A stretch of DNA of 64,000 bases from Paramecium tetraurelia. Its lineage: Eukaryota. Below, piece by piece: positions 12,312 to 24,527 of the stretch. The notes under the pieces were generated by a model. It did not search any database. It saw nothing but the letters and a program-made list of their open reading frames with translations, and was not told the DNA's origin. Made by a program: the position numbers and the translations under genes. The stretch lies in assembly GCA_000165425.1 (NCBI GenBank), contig CT868003.1, positions 1-64,000 on the forward strand, read 5' to 3'. Positions within the stretch are counted from its first letter, which is position 1. Each line of letters starts with the position of its first letter.

Positions 12312-15300
12312 TCATGCCATTATTTCTTAATCTTACATTACGGATCTGGCTAGTCTTTCAAAAGCATCATCTAGAAACAAAGTCTATTAAGGTAATAAAT
12401 AGAGATATCTTTTTGCAATATAATATTGTCGTTTAAGAAAAGGATTTATGATATAAAATAGAAAAAGGATTGATATTACTACGAAGACAAAAGCAAAAAC
12501 ACACAAGTACTAAAACTAAAAATAAAATTCTTACTATAATGCTAGACAAGATATTATTGGTCTGATTTGTTAGATCAGCCTTCATATAAGTATTGATTTA
12601 TTTTATAACTTGACTTATAATAAAGGCTCCTTCCAATTCGTTTCTAGTATTTTCAGTCTTATTTAGAAATTTATTAATCTACATTTCATTTTAGATGTTT
12701 GTATATATATAAATTAAAGATCCAGTTAGGCCGTTTAGAAAACTTCCGCCTAAAGTAATCTAACACAAAGCCATTGATTTCTCTTTCATGTTATCATCTA
12801 AATAGTTACAGATATTTGTTGAAGATACAGTTTACATGTAATCACTGAAGTGTGAACTTAATAAATACTAGTTTCTAAATTTGTATATATAAATAAATAC
12901 ATTTATAGATTTTATAAATAAGCAGTTACATTTTGCACTTAAGCCAAACATTCTATAATTTGTTCTAGAATTTACTCCAAGTCATCATCTTTATAAAATG
13001 GATATCTCCATCTATAGTAAAGCACTTCTCTCATGGCATATATTGTAGGAATATTAGTTCCGAGGTCGGTAATTTATTAATAAAAGTAAGCGGTTGGTTT
13101 AAATTAAGTAAAATAATTTAGATTAACATAATATTTAGCAATCGAAAAGGAGATTAGAATTATGAATTAAATAAGTATCAAACAGTATCCAAACTTATTA
13201 GAAAGCAATTTTTTTTGGTATTATAATCTTTTTATTGAAGTTTCAATTTATAATTACTTTTATTGCAATTTTAATTAATTCTCCTTTTTATCAATTTGGA
13301 ATTGGTATTTAAATAATGTATCACTACTCTTAGATATGCTTTCAACATATAGAGTAAATCTATCAATATCTTACTGAATTGTATAAGCTTCATTAAAAGT
13401 CATAAAACCCAATAACGAAGCAATTCTTCCTTAATTCTTCAGATACCAGAAGATTTCAAAGCTAACAATAATTAAAATTAAAATAACAAAAGGGTAAAAC
13501 AATGTTAATTCTTAATCCAAATCTAATTCGATTCTCAAATTACATTCTACATATAATTATTAATTTAATAGATCAAATGCATCATATAGAGTAAGTAGAT
13601 TTCTGTAAGAGTAAAATATATAAGGTGAATCTGAGACAGTTTTACCATCGTATTTATAGGCAGCTTTGAAAGTGTACTAATAGTTGATTAGAATACTTAA
13701 TGACTATCTCATAGATATATTATAGACTTCTCCTACATCAGTTTTAATGTAAATATAAAAGTCATAATATTAGGCTAAGAAATCTTATAGAGTCAGTCTA
13801 TTCAAGATTGCTGCTTAATTCTATTAAACATCATCGAATCCTAAATTTAAGTTTGAATTAGGAAATTCTAGATATTTATCCAATTCACTCTTTGTTAATG
13901 ATTTTGCTGTGTATTATGCATTATAATTGATAATTGTATATCTAGTAACAATAAATGATTCTACTGGTTGAAACAGGTAATATTTGATTTAAAGAAGATC
14001 TATATTGGTTAAGTAATAATTTAAAGTTGATGAACTTGCAGTTAAGGAAATAGCAATTTAAGCTATAAAGACTATTAATTGTAGCATCACAAAAAACATC
14101 AACACTTTTTAGATCTAATTCGAATTAGGGGATTGCAACATCTTTTCCATGAGAATGTATTTTTTATAGTAAAATGCCTTTTTCTACCCACTTAATTAAC
14201 TAACCTAAGACGATTACCCTTCCATTTAAACATCTTATGAATCATCATCATTGCTTTTTGAATATTTTTAGTTAATTTTAGATTTCTCAATGAAGTATTT
14301 TTGTTGTTATTATAGGGATTACAAAGGTTAATATGTTTTACTTTAAGATTCGTTTTACCTTGAAGTATTTTTGCCAATAAATTAATCATCCACTAAAAAT
14401 CCAATTCCATCATTGTTATGAGATTCTCTATTAGATAACAGTAAATCTGGATTTTATAGTATAACTATATCATTGATGTATTTTGGTTCTGATTCTTCAT
14501 AAGGAATCAACATTTCAATTTGTTCATCCATTTCAATTTCGCTTATGTTGTTGCCATGTTATTAGAAATATGATTTTTGTGTTAAAGTTCTGGAAGCACT
14601 TTGACTGCCTCTTCTGGTTCCATTTTTTAAATAATTGAATCTAACAATGTAATATTTATCATCGTTATTCTAAATGCAACAATGAGTGGAATAAGTATCA
14701 TAATTATATTGATCTAGCCAACAACCATCCATAAGATCTGTTATATTTCTTTTTTATTTATAGTGGATTAGGAGTGTGACAAAATCAAATAATTTTGGTT
14801 TTGTTAAGAATCTAAGTTATATTTACTAAACTTGGTTGTCCTCAATATACAATTTGAATTTAGGAATAACATAATCAACTGGGATACCATAAATTAATTC
14901 AATTTAATCTGGATTTCCTCCAACAATTTCAAAAAATTCTTCACTCAATCCCACAATCTTATGTTAGTTATCAACCACCATTATTATTTGATTTTCATCT
15001 TAAATAGACAATAAGATTAATGCATTGAGTTAATTTTTCTCAAATAAAATTTCAGTTACAATATTCACTCCTTCACAAAATCCCTTTTTGGCTATCAAAC
15101 CTTCTTGAACATTTCTAAAGAATTTGGATTTTCCAGTCTTGATAAATGTTTTTATCATACTGGAATGATAGTCTTTTATTCCATTGGGTATTAGATCGTC
15201 TAAAATTAATTAGTCTACCTAAAAGAAATCATAAGCATTGCTTGAATTCCTGATTATCTGCATGTTATCTAAATTTACCATCAAATATGTGGTTTTGGTT

Positions 15301-16980
15301 GAATAGAGATCAATTTTGAGATTTGAGACATTTTTATAAACTTTATCTTCCTATAAGGCTGCCTAACAAAATACTTTCATAGCAGATAAGTAATCATTAA
15401 GTAATTCAGCGTAAATAAAAGCCAAGATATTTTGCATCCTATTGCTCGGGTATTGTCTGTAAAGATCTTGAACAAACCCCTTCAATGTATCTAATTCCAA
15501 GACTAAAGTGTTTGATTTGGAGTATAGTTTATCAATTTGATCGTAATCAAAATCTTTAAAGTATTCAATCTTCTTCTAACACAACAATATAATTCGTTTA
15601 CATAATTCTAAATTTTTTGATTCTATATCCATGAACTTCTTTATGTTCAACTCAAAATCTTTATCGGTATCAAAGTTGTTCTTTTGCATCATGTGATAAT
15701 TCAACTTCTGTCTACACTTTCTGGCACATATCAGAAACTTGATTTTGCTCAATATTGTTTGTCCTTTCTTGTTCTCCCATTTGGATATGTATAAGAAAGC
15801 CTAGAAGTAGAATTCCAGTTTCAAAAGGAGGGATAAGTGAGAGATGAAGTCTTCTTGAACCAACTAAACACAAATTTGAACGATTTACCTCTTAGTGTTT
15901 TAAGCTCAACCTAATATAAAAGTCATAAATATCCTCCTAGTTTAGAACTGTGAGTCTCGATGGTTCGATGTCCACTTTTTTCATGCCCTTGCTCACTATT
16001 GATTCTATCAGAACACGCTGTTTAGAGTAGGAGAATTTGGATTTCAATTCTAAAATCAAATTAACGATTTAAGAAGGATGGGATTACTGTGCGATTGTGA
16101 GTAATTGTTTTTTAGAATAAAAATATGATGCTATTTTGAAATTCATGGGCAACTAGAAAATAAAGAGCAATTCTATGAATCCCATTTCCAATTTACTTTC
16201 CAAAGATATCAGAAAAAAAAGATTGTATATTATAGAATTAAAATTAATGGCAAAAACTATTAGGAAGATTTTCTTATTCAAATACGGGAAGTAAATCATT
16301 GCGTTTGTGAAAGTTGCTATATTGATCAAAAGGCTTATGATGCCCAGATAAAATGTCATGATTCCGTCAATTGAGGTGTTAAAACTAAAGATTCCTATTT
16401 ATACAAGGTTTAGGGTTTGGGCTATGTAAATTAGAAATGACTAATTGGATAGATTAAAGGTATTCTGTTAGAGGAACAACTAAACCTTAGTGATGAATAG
16501 GCGGTAGAGCAAAAACACCAAATAAATGAGCAAAGTTAAAATTGACAAAGCATCCCCTCTTTTTAGTAACATCTCCAAAATAATATTAATTAACCAAATA
16601 TCATAGATTTGATTACAAAAAGTAATAATCTATAAATAGAGATTTGATTTTAAATCTTCAATATTGTTTTTCGATATAATAAAATAGACAATGTAATGCA
16701 TAATTATCACACCAGAAATAACAAATAAAAATATTGAATATCCTGGGTCTGTATCTTCAATAAATAAATGAGGTCTTATTATTTTTCCCAAAATTTAAAA
16801 GTAAATATTATTCCTTGATTAACCCTCCGCAGGTATAATAGAATACGACATTGGTATTAATGAACTTAGGGTAGTAAAGATAATTAAAGCGAAATCATTA
16901 ACCTAAAATTCTGTTTCTTAGAGCAAAGAAAACTCTAATATAAATGATATAAACTTCTAAATTTAATATCTGATATTCAT
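12312..16980 (-). CDS. TmcB/TmcC-like multi-TM PAS-domain protein, copy 2
   Basis: MNIRYQIQKF with several N-terminal TMs, a helical region, PAS-like LIPNGIKDYHSSMIKTFIKTGKSKFF, C-terminal TMs; ends FERLARSVMQDQEIMA-TGA. Confidence 0.85.
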
Positions 16981-17093
16981 AATAATAATAATTAAAATTT
17001 ATGAGTTCCGATTCATTTGAAAAACTAATGTAATTAATTCACGAATAAAATACTGCATGCGAATAACATTATGATCAAAATAATAGATAAATA

Positions 17094-17327
17094 ATGGATT
17101 TATTAGGCAATTTGGATAATAATATGAAGAATTTACAGATGTAGATGGACTAGCCAAGAGTTGAACATCATCACAATTTATCGAAGGTGGAAGAAGTGGA
17201 GAACGAGGATCAAGAATAATCGCAATTTTAAGTTTAATAAGAGGACAAGGAGGAGTTGGAGTAACAGATGAATCAGCAACAGGAATAGGAGTAAATCATA
17301 ATATAAGATCAGATAAATGAAGAATGA
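17094..17327 (+). CDS. Small acidic Glu/Gln-rich protein (77 aa), unknown function
   Basis: Open ATG..TGA: MDLLGNLDNNMKNLQMQMDQPRVEHHHNLSKVEEVENEDQEQ..QINEE; more G-rich than the flanks. Confidence 0.55.
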
Positions 17328-17355
17328 CTTATACTATTTAATTATTTTATAATTT

Positions 17356-18206
17356 TCAGTTGTTTTCTAATTAATACGAATAGGACAGCACTAATGATTT
17401 GGTCATTAATTCTTGGTTTTTAAACACTGCTGGCATCAATATTATGCACTCTTCTTTGTTCTTGATGAATCCATCAATGGGGTCGTGTTTCTGTTGATTA
17501 AACTAAATCTTCTGCCCGATTGATGGGATGTCAAAAGTCAAGGTAGGATCACTGATGTAGCAGTTGAACATGATTTCTGCCAACTTGTTGAAGAAGGCTT
17601 CGATCAAGTCGTTGTTGTTTAGTTTTAAGTATTTTTATAATTCTATTCTTGTGGATGTTTGATTTCGCATGCATTTTTCATAGATTGATTTATAATTTCC
17701 TTAGAATGATTTTCGCATAACGTTTAGTATGGGTCCGTCTATGTTGGTGAAACACCCCACCTAAACGAATTTGTTTATAATATTACCTCCATAATTTGTT
17801 TGAATAGTGGTTGGAAGTATTCTTGAATGATTTTGTCAATTCGGATCATTGAGGTGGAAAAGAAATAAATAATACCTTTGAGATTTAATTCTTAAGTCAA
17901 CACATCGAAAAATATATCAAAACATTCACATTTATAAAATTCCGCAATAGAATTACTTAATTCATTAGCCATGGGAAATTGTATACTAGTGTTGGAAAAG
18001 CCAGAGACCATGCATCTGAGATGAGATTGCATCTACAGTATTTCATGTTATAGATTTTAATTTTCTTTAGTGAGATTCTCTTTTTCTTTTTTCGTCAATT
18101 GCAACTTATTCATTAAAAGTTTTATTTTTCCTCTTAATTCTTCCTGTGTTCCATCCAAATAATCTTAAGGTTTTTAGTAATTTTCTTTGGCATAATTATT
18201 CTTCAT
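17356..18206 (-). CDS. Coiled-coil protein with MIEAP/SPATA18-C (GrpE-head-like) C-terminal domain, 274 aa
   Basis: One 26-nt intron (17761-17786). N-terminal coiled coil; C-terminus LAEIMFNCYISDPTLTFDIPSIGQKIQFNQQKHDPIDGFIKNKEECIILMPAVFKNQELMTKSLVLSY. The ORF is clear; the domain call is by motif resemblance only. Confidence 0.7.
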
Positions 18207-18276
18207 ATTTAAATTATGCTGTTAAAACATTTATTTTTTATATTTAAATTTAAATCAGAATTTACAGTTAATAAAA

Positions 18277-20105
18277 ATGGCTTTATTAAAAGACGATACT
18301 GCATTTACTCATGTAATTGCAATTGATTTCGGCACAGGAGCCTCAGGGTATAATGTGAGAGTGAATTATTTTAGATTTGGATTGGCTCCAAGAATCCTGG
18401 ATAAGGAAGGCAAACCCAGAATCGAGGTATTCAATCCATGCGATGACACAGATGACCAAAAAACACCAACTGCAATTCTATTTGATAATAATGGTTAATT
18501 TATTGAATTTGGATCTCAAGCACTTTAAAAATATGCAAGCATGTTAGATGATGGTGAAACAGCCTATTTGTTTTAAAATGTAAAAAATAATTATAAAATT
18601 CTTAGTATAAAATGCATTTGTATCACATGCATAATCAAGCCAGATCATTGGATAATCGCGAACTATCATTGATGTTAATAATAAGAGAAACATTAAAATA
18701 TATAAGCAATAGAGCAATTTAGAAATTGAAGGAACAAGTAGGAAAAGTGATACCCACAAAAATCAGATGGGTCTTAACAGTACCAGCCTTATGGAGTGAG
18801 GAACACAAACAATTTATGAGAAAGGCAGCTGTTGAAGCAGGCATAGTGGATCACTTGAATTCTCCGAATTTGCTACTATGTTTGGAACCAGAAGGTGCAT
18901 CCATTCAATGTAGAGAGGATGCTGAACAAACTTTGAAAGAACAAATGGCGAAGAACTCTGTTGTGATGGTATTAGATTGTGGAGGTGGGACTGTTGATAT
19001 CACAGTACATAAATTATTATGTGAATCAACTGAGAAATTCTTATGCAATGAATTAATACCATCATCTGGTGGTTGCGAATGGGGTTCCAAATATGTAGAT
19101 CTATATTTTGAGGAATTCCTGAAGGAGTTCTTAGGAGATAAACTATTTAGATAATACTAACAAAATGCCATTGCTCGTTTGGATATTTTACGAGATTTTG
19201 AAATACTCAAAAGGAAATTTAAAGGGAATAAGGATGAAAAATGTATGATCAAATTCTCGTATTTGGGGGAAGACTTGAATACAAATAAATTGTAATAATT
19301 AGTTAAAGATCATAACCAAAAACATCCTCCTGAATATCAGGTGAAATTAAAAGGATTATCAAATGTTGAGATTCCATCAGCTTTGATGGCTTCATTCTTT
19401 TAGACACTATTTGAAAATATTAAAAATAAAGTAGCTTAATTATTAGTTTAAGTGGAATAGAAAAAAGAAAAAGTAAACTTTATATTTATGGTTGGAGGTT
19501 TTAGTGAATCTCCATTCTTGAAATAAGAAATCATTAAAAGATTCGAAAATAATACAATTTAGATATTGGTTCCAAGAAGACCTTAAGTTTCAGTCATAAG
19601 AGGAGCTTGTTTATTTGGGTTGAGTCCAAGATCAATTACAAGTAGAATAGCAAAGAAAACTTATGGAATTAATACATTAACAACTTTTGATGCTGAAAGA
19701 CATCCTATTAAAAAAAAGGTCATTATTGAAGGAGAGGAGTTTAGTGAAGATGTATTTGATGCTTTTGTTAGGAAAGGAGATGCTGTTGGGTATAGTATTT
19801 CTCTATAATTATATAGTTGCGATGAAGTTCATACGAAAATATATTGTCCTGTCAGATCCAGACAAACAATTATGAGGATCATCTTTTATGTAACTGAAAA
19901 GAGAGAGGTGGAGTTCGTTGATGAATAGGGTGTTTAATAGTTAGGAGAATTGTGCATTGACATAGGGAAACCTTTGTAGTCTGTGGAGGACAAGACTGTC
20001 AAAGTTACTTTATTATTTGGAACTACTTGTATATATGCGACTGCTACTAACAAGGATGGAACTGAAATAAAAAACTGTGAGTTCAAATTCGAATGTGGGT
20101 AATGA
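18277..20105 (+). CDS. Atypical Hsp70, HSPA12-like (about 582 aa)
   Basis: IAIDFGTGASG, KTPTAILF, WVLTVPALWSEEHKQFMRKAAVEAG, LEPEGASIQC, LDCGGGTVDITVH, WGSKYVD, VGGFSESPFL, SRIAKKTYGI; introns 18348-18374, 18580-18605, 19790-19816. Confidence 0.93.
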
Positions 20106-20194
20106 TCATTTTAATTAATAAATGAATAATAATTATATACTTTTTGCACTTTTAACTAAGCCTTTTATATTATTAATAAAAAAACGAAAATAAA

Positions 20195-21223
20195 ATGAAA
20201 TATTTTCTTATATTTCTGTCACTTTCAATATCCTTGTGCATCAAATTAGAACTTTTAGAAGTATTTCATAAATCGATCGACTGGTAAGCCAACTATTAAC
20301 CGACTTATGAAAAATAAATGAAAAAAATGGAAAGACAAATATAAATTATGAAAGAATAAAGAAGAGCAAAGAATCAACAATGCGATCGCATTTAACGAGG
20401 GTTAGACTTTATCGTTAATGAGTAAAGAGTTTATAATAATTAAGAAAGGAAAAAAATGAAAAGTTTACATCATGGTTGACATCTCGTATTGAATAAAACC
20501 AGAATCGGGTTGAAAAACTTAATTAAATCAAATGTCAAAGCAGTTCTTCATTTTATGAGACAATGAATGAACAAAACAGAGTGAATAAATTAAACTAATT
20601 TTTTGTTAGTTGGATAAGTCGAGATTAGAAATTACTCCAATTATAAGATACTCAAACCTTCATTTAAGAAATGCAAGTTGAAAACGAATATCAAGATGCA
20701 CTATTAATTTTATCTGGTAATTGCAATTCAATATATTGTAGAATAAATTCGATCATGCAAATTATCCCCATTCAAATAATAGACAATTGATAGAAGCGAA
20801 AGCTCAAGAAGAGATTTTGAACAAAACATCTTTGCTTTAGAAAAGTTAATGACTCAAAATAATGACTAGCTGGAGCTTAACGAAGTGAGGGTTTAGGATA
20901 AAATCACTAAATTTATTTAATAATTAGATAAGGAGACAGAGCAATTACAAATTCATTATGAATCTATTATGAAGATAATCAATAAGAGTCCAGTTGAAAC
21001 TACCTCAAAATAACGATTAGATCAATGTTAGAAGGATGTGTTGAGTATCGATAAATTGATTGAGGCTACACAGGAAGCAATAAAACGAATATAGACTTGT
21101 GCTCCAAGTGAAGGTATTACTATGTTGTTATTTGTTGTAGGATTGGCATATAAGCAGAAGAGAATTTTGAGTCAGATTGCAAAGGAATATTCATCAGGAG
21201 TTGCCAAATTTGAATAAAAATGA
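20195..21223 (+). CDS. Secreted coiled-coil protein, possibly trichocyst-matrix/granule-lattice-like
   Basis: Signal peptide MKYFLIFLSLSISLC, heptad-rich with sparse Cys, WLTSRIEQNQNRVEKLNQIKC; three tiny introns restore the frame. Confidence 0.65.
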
Positions 21224-21307
21224 ATTCATAAATAAGTTCAATAAACAATGCGATTTTCATTTTTTTGAAATTATATATAAATTAGTAGTTATTTAAATTA
21301 ATCGTTA

Positions 21308-22004
21308 ATGGACGCAACTCAATTAAAGACTAAAGTGATCTATGAGTTCACTAAGAAGAATAAATCGTTATTAGACGAATGGTCTGAAAAAACAGCTTAG
21401 GCATACTTGGAGTAATGCAGAAAATTTACAGAGGAAATGTATTAAGGGAATTTGACCATGGTCGATGATGGATACAATTAGACTCAGGAAGAACTATTGA
21501 TCTTGGAAAACTTGTTTAAAAGTATCCCTATTCAAGTGAATTATAGATTACACAAAAACAAAAGGAGACATTCAACATAAGCTTCGTATTGGATATTCAA
21601 TTGCAAGAAAACTTTACATGGAGAATCTTCAATAGAGGGTGTTCAAGATATTCAGAGAATAAGTCAAATTTTAAAAATACATCAGAAGTATGAAGGTTTA
21701 TGCAACTAAACATTATAAGTACAATTTGATATGAAAAAATAGATAGCGACTTCCAAGATAAGTGTTCTCAAAGTGGAGGAAATTAGCTCACAATTAAACG
21801 AGACAAGTCATTTTACAATAGGTGAATAGGAAAACTGATAATGAAATAATGCAGATGCAAAAGGAATACGAGTAGTTGATTGGGTAGTTGGAGACTGTGT
21901 TGGAAAAGAAATTAATTGAATTGAAGGTGGAGGAAGAGTAGCACAAAGAATTGGTTTTAAGATATGATGGAATAGTTGAAAAAAGGACTGCAGTAAAGCA
22001 TTGA
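21308..22004 (+). CDS. POC5-like / Sfr1-like centrin-binding (Sfi1-repeat) protein lacking the POC5 box
   Basis: LLDEWSEK.., Sfi1-type repeats ARKLYMENLQQRVFKIFR and ATKHYKQRLPRQVFSKWRK, C-terminal coiled coil; two tiny introns. Confidence 0.7.
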
Positions 22005-22045
22005 ATTATCTGATTATTATATATTTCTAATTATAAATAATTGCT

Positions 22046-23728
22046 ATGCCAATTAGATATGTAGATGTACTAACAGTGGAGCAAGCATTAATTAAAGCTG
22101 GAAATGGACACAAATTCTAAATCAGGGCCATCGTTATAATGAGCTTGCAGTATATGGTAGCAGGGATGTTTCATATTGCTATAACGGAATTGTATTTCCA
22201 TCAAACCCAATATAAATGCATCGACTAGCAATATAACTTTTATTAGTGCAATGAAGCCGATTTTTGCAAATAATATTACAGAGAGGACATAGACAAAGAG
22301 AAAATCACATTTGCATCTCAATTGGGAGACATAATTCAATTCTTTTAATTAGTTTGCGGTGACAAAATTATTATATTAATACTCGTTACTTCATATTATT
22401 TGGGTGGATGTATAGGCTCCCTCTATTATGGAGAGCAGATGGAAATTCGACAAGGCAGATAGTATTTATTGATAAAAGTATTAGATCAATTATGATTGAA
22501 ACCTTGGCTTTATTGGGTTTCACCTGTTGTCTAACAATCCTAATACCGAATGCGTACTTATTAAGTGTGGCTTTGTTTTTTGCTAATTTCTTTTTGAGAG
22601 GATTCTTGAATTCCTCTATGATTTTATTTTTTGAAATATCATCTGAGAATCTGTAAAAATTAAGTCCTTCAATTTTATTGACGACCTATGGAATTGGGAC
22701 TATTATATCACCAGTGATTATAGAATCGTTTTAACTAAATTGGTAATAGAGTATGTTAATTCTATTTGGTGGACCAGCTGTTATGTTTTCAGTTCTCATT
22801 AAGTTCATGCAAGAATCACCAAGAATGCTAGTCATTAAAAAGAAATATCACGAGGCTAAAATAGTAATCCAACTAATCAGTTAATGTAATGGGAGAGAAA
22901 TGCCCAAGGATTGGATGTTAGAAGATGAAGTAAAAGTCAATGAACTTAAAGGAAAGATAGAAGAAATTGCTTTATAATTTGGCGTAAGGGAAGTGGCCAA
23001 AGCTTACAATTTCTCGTACTTATATTTTACATTAAAATAGCTCAATTTTCCGTTATAATTCAACCAGAGTTAGAATGTTCTGTCTTCTTTACTTATATTC
23101 AGTGATCATCATTGGATAATTTCAAACCTCTAAAGAAATAGATGCATTTTCCAGATTGGATAGATAGAAGACTGAGTTATTGCTATCAACTGTAGCAACA
23201 ACAGGCTATCTTATCAGTGGATATGCAAGTTTGAACTACAACAGAAAGGATGTCTTGAAGATTGTTTTAGGAGTTAGTGCCTTATTCAATTTTCTTTATG
23301 CAGTTTTTCCAATCTTTCAATTAAGTACAAATGCCATAGCCTTGATCTCCTTCTATGATAGATTGATGCATACGATAGTCATGATGATTCTCATTATGAG
23401 CAGATTAGTCTTGAGTTTTGGGTGTGCCTTCATTAATGTAAGAATAATCATTCTATATTAGATCTATGCCTTAGAAGTATTTCCTACATCTTTGAGACAT
23501 TATGGTTTTTCTGGAATGGTCTTTTTGACTGAATTTCTATTCATTTTCTAAGAGACTTATGTAGTCTTTTGTCATACATTTGGATTGAATACATCCATAG
23601 GTATGTTCTTTTTATTGTTGTTTGGAATTCTAACGCTGAATAAATTGCGAGAAACATATGATCAACCATTAAGAGAGAATGTTGAAGAAATGAACGATGA
23701 ATTACTTAACAATGTATATGTATTATGA
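22046..23728 (+). CDS. MFS transporter, SLC22/organic cation transporter-like
   Basis: VEQALIKAGNGHKFQ, Cys-containing first loop, ADGNSTR, MQESPRML, YALEVFPTSLRHYG, LRET; many TM helices. Confidence 0.88.
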
Positions 23729-23805
23729 TTTATAATGCAATATATTTCTCATCTCTTTTTAATTAACAATGTTGTAATAAAAAATAATAAATTTTATTTA
23801 ATAAA

Positions 23806-24476
23806 ATGAGTGAGCGCTCTGAATTAGTATTCCTATTGTTTATAAACATTAGCTGGCTGAAAATATCTATTTGAAAAACAAGGTTCAAGAACTGAATATA
23901 GAGATACAGCAATGGAAATCTCACATCGAAGAATTGTCAATGAAATATTACAAACTGCAATAACATAAGATTAATCCAGAGGATCTTTTGGAACTCGAAG
24001 ATTTGAAACTTTAGTAGCAAAGATACTAGGAATAGGAATTTTAATAAAGTGTTATGATAAATCAATAAAAATAAGTGATCCTCAATTTGTAATCTGAAAA
24101 TAGAGATCTGATTGATAAAGTAGATAAATTAGAGTAGAAGGCAAAAAATTATGATTGTTTGAAATAATAATATTGGAACTTGGAAAAGGCAAGTCAAAAA
24201 TATTTTGAAGAATTGGAAACTATTAAATAGAGACCTCCTACTATCTTGGTTCCCAACCCAGATGTCACAGCTCTGTATAGAGAGATCAATCGTTTAAATG
24301 CGATTATTTAATCAATGTGTAAAAATTCTATTGAATCAATGTGCGTGACTTCAGTTGATCACAGGAGGAATCAACCTGAGGAGTAGATGATGATGAGGAA
24401 TTCTGCCGAATACTAGAAGCAGAGGTTGAATGACCAGTCAAATAGGAAATCTAATGGGATGGAATAATTCTATTGA
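23806..24476 (+). CDS. Coiled-coil hypothetical protein
   Basis: MSERSEL/LAENIYLKNKVQELNIEIQQWK..MEQFY-TGA; one intron near 23827-23852. Confidence 0.75.
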
Positions 24477-24527
24477 TAATATATTTATTTTCTAATTACG
24501 TGTATATAATAAAAAAAATAATTTATA

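Noticed and set aside
20420..20480. Apparent premature TGA in the secreted coiled-coil gene
   Set aside because: A 23-nt GTA..AAG intron restores the frame.
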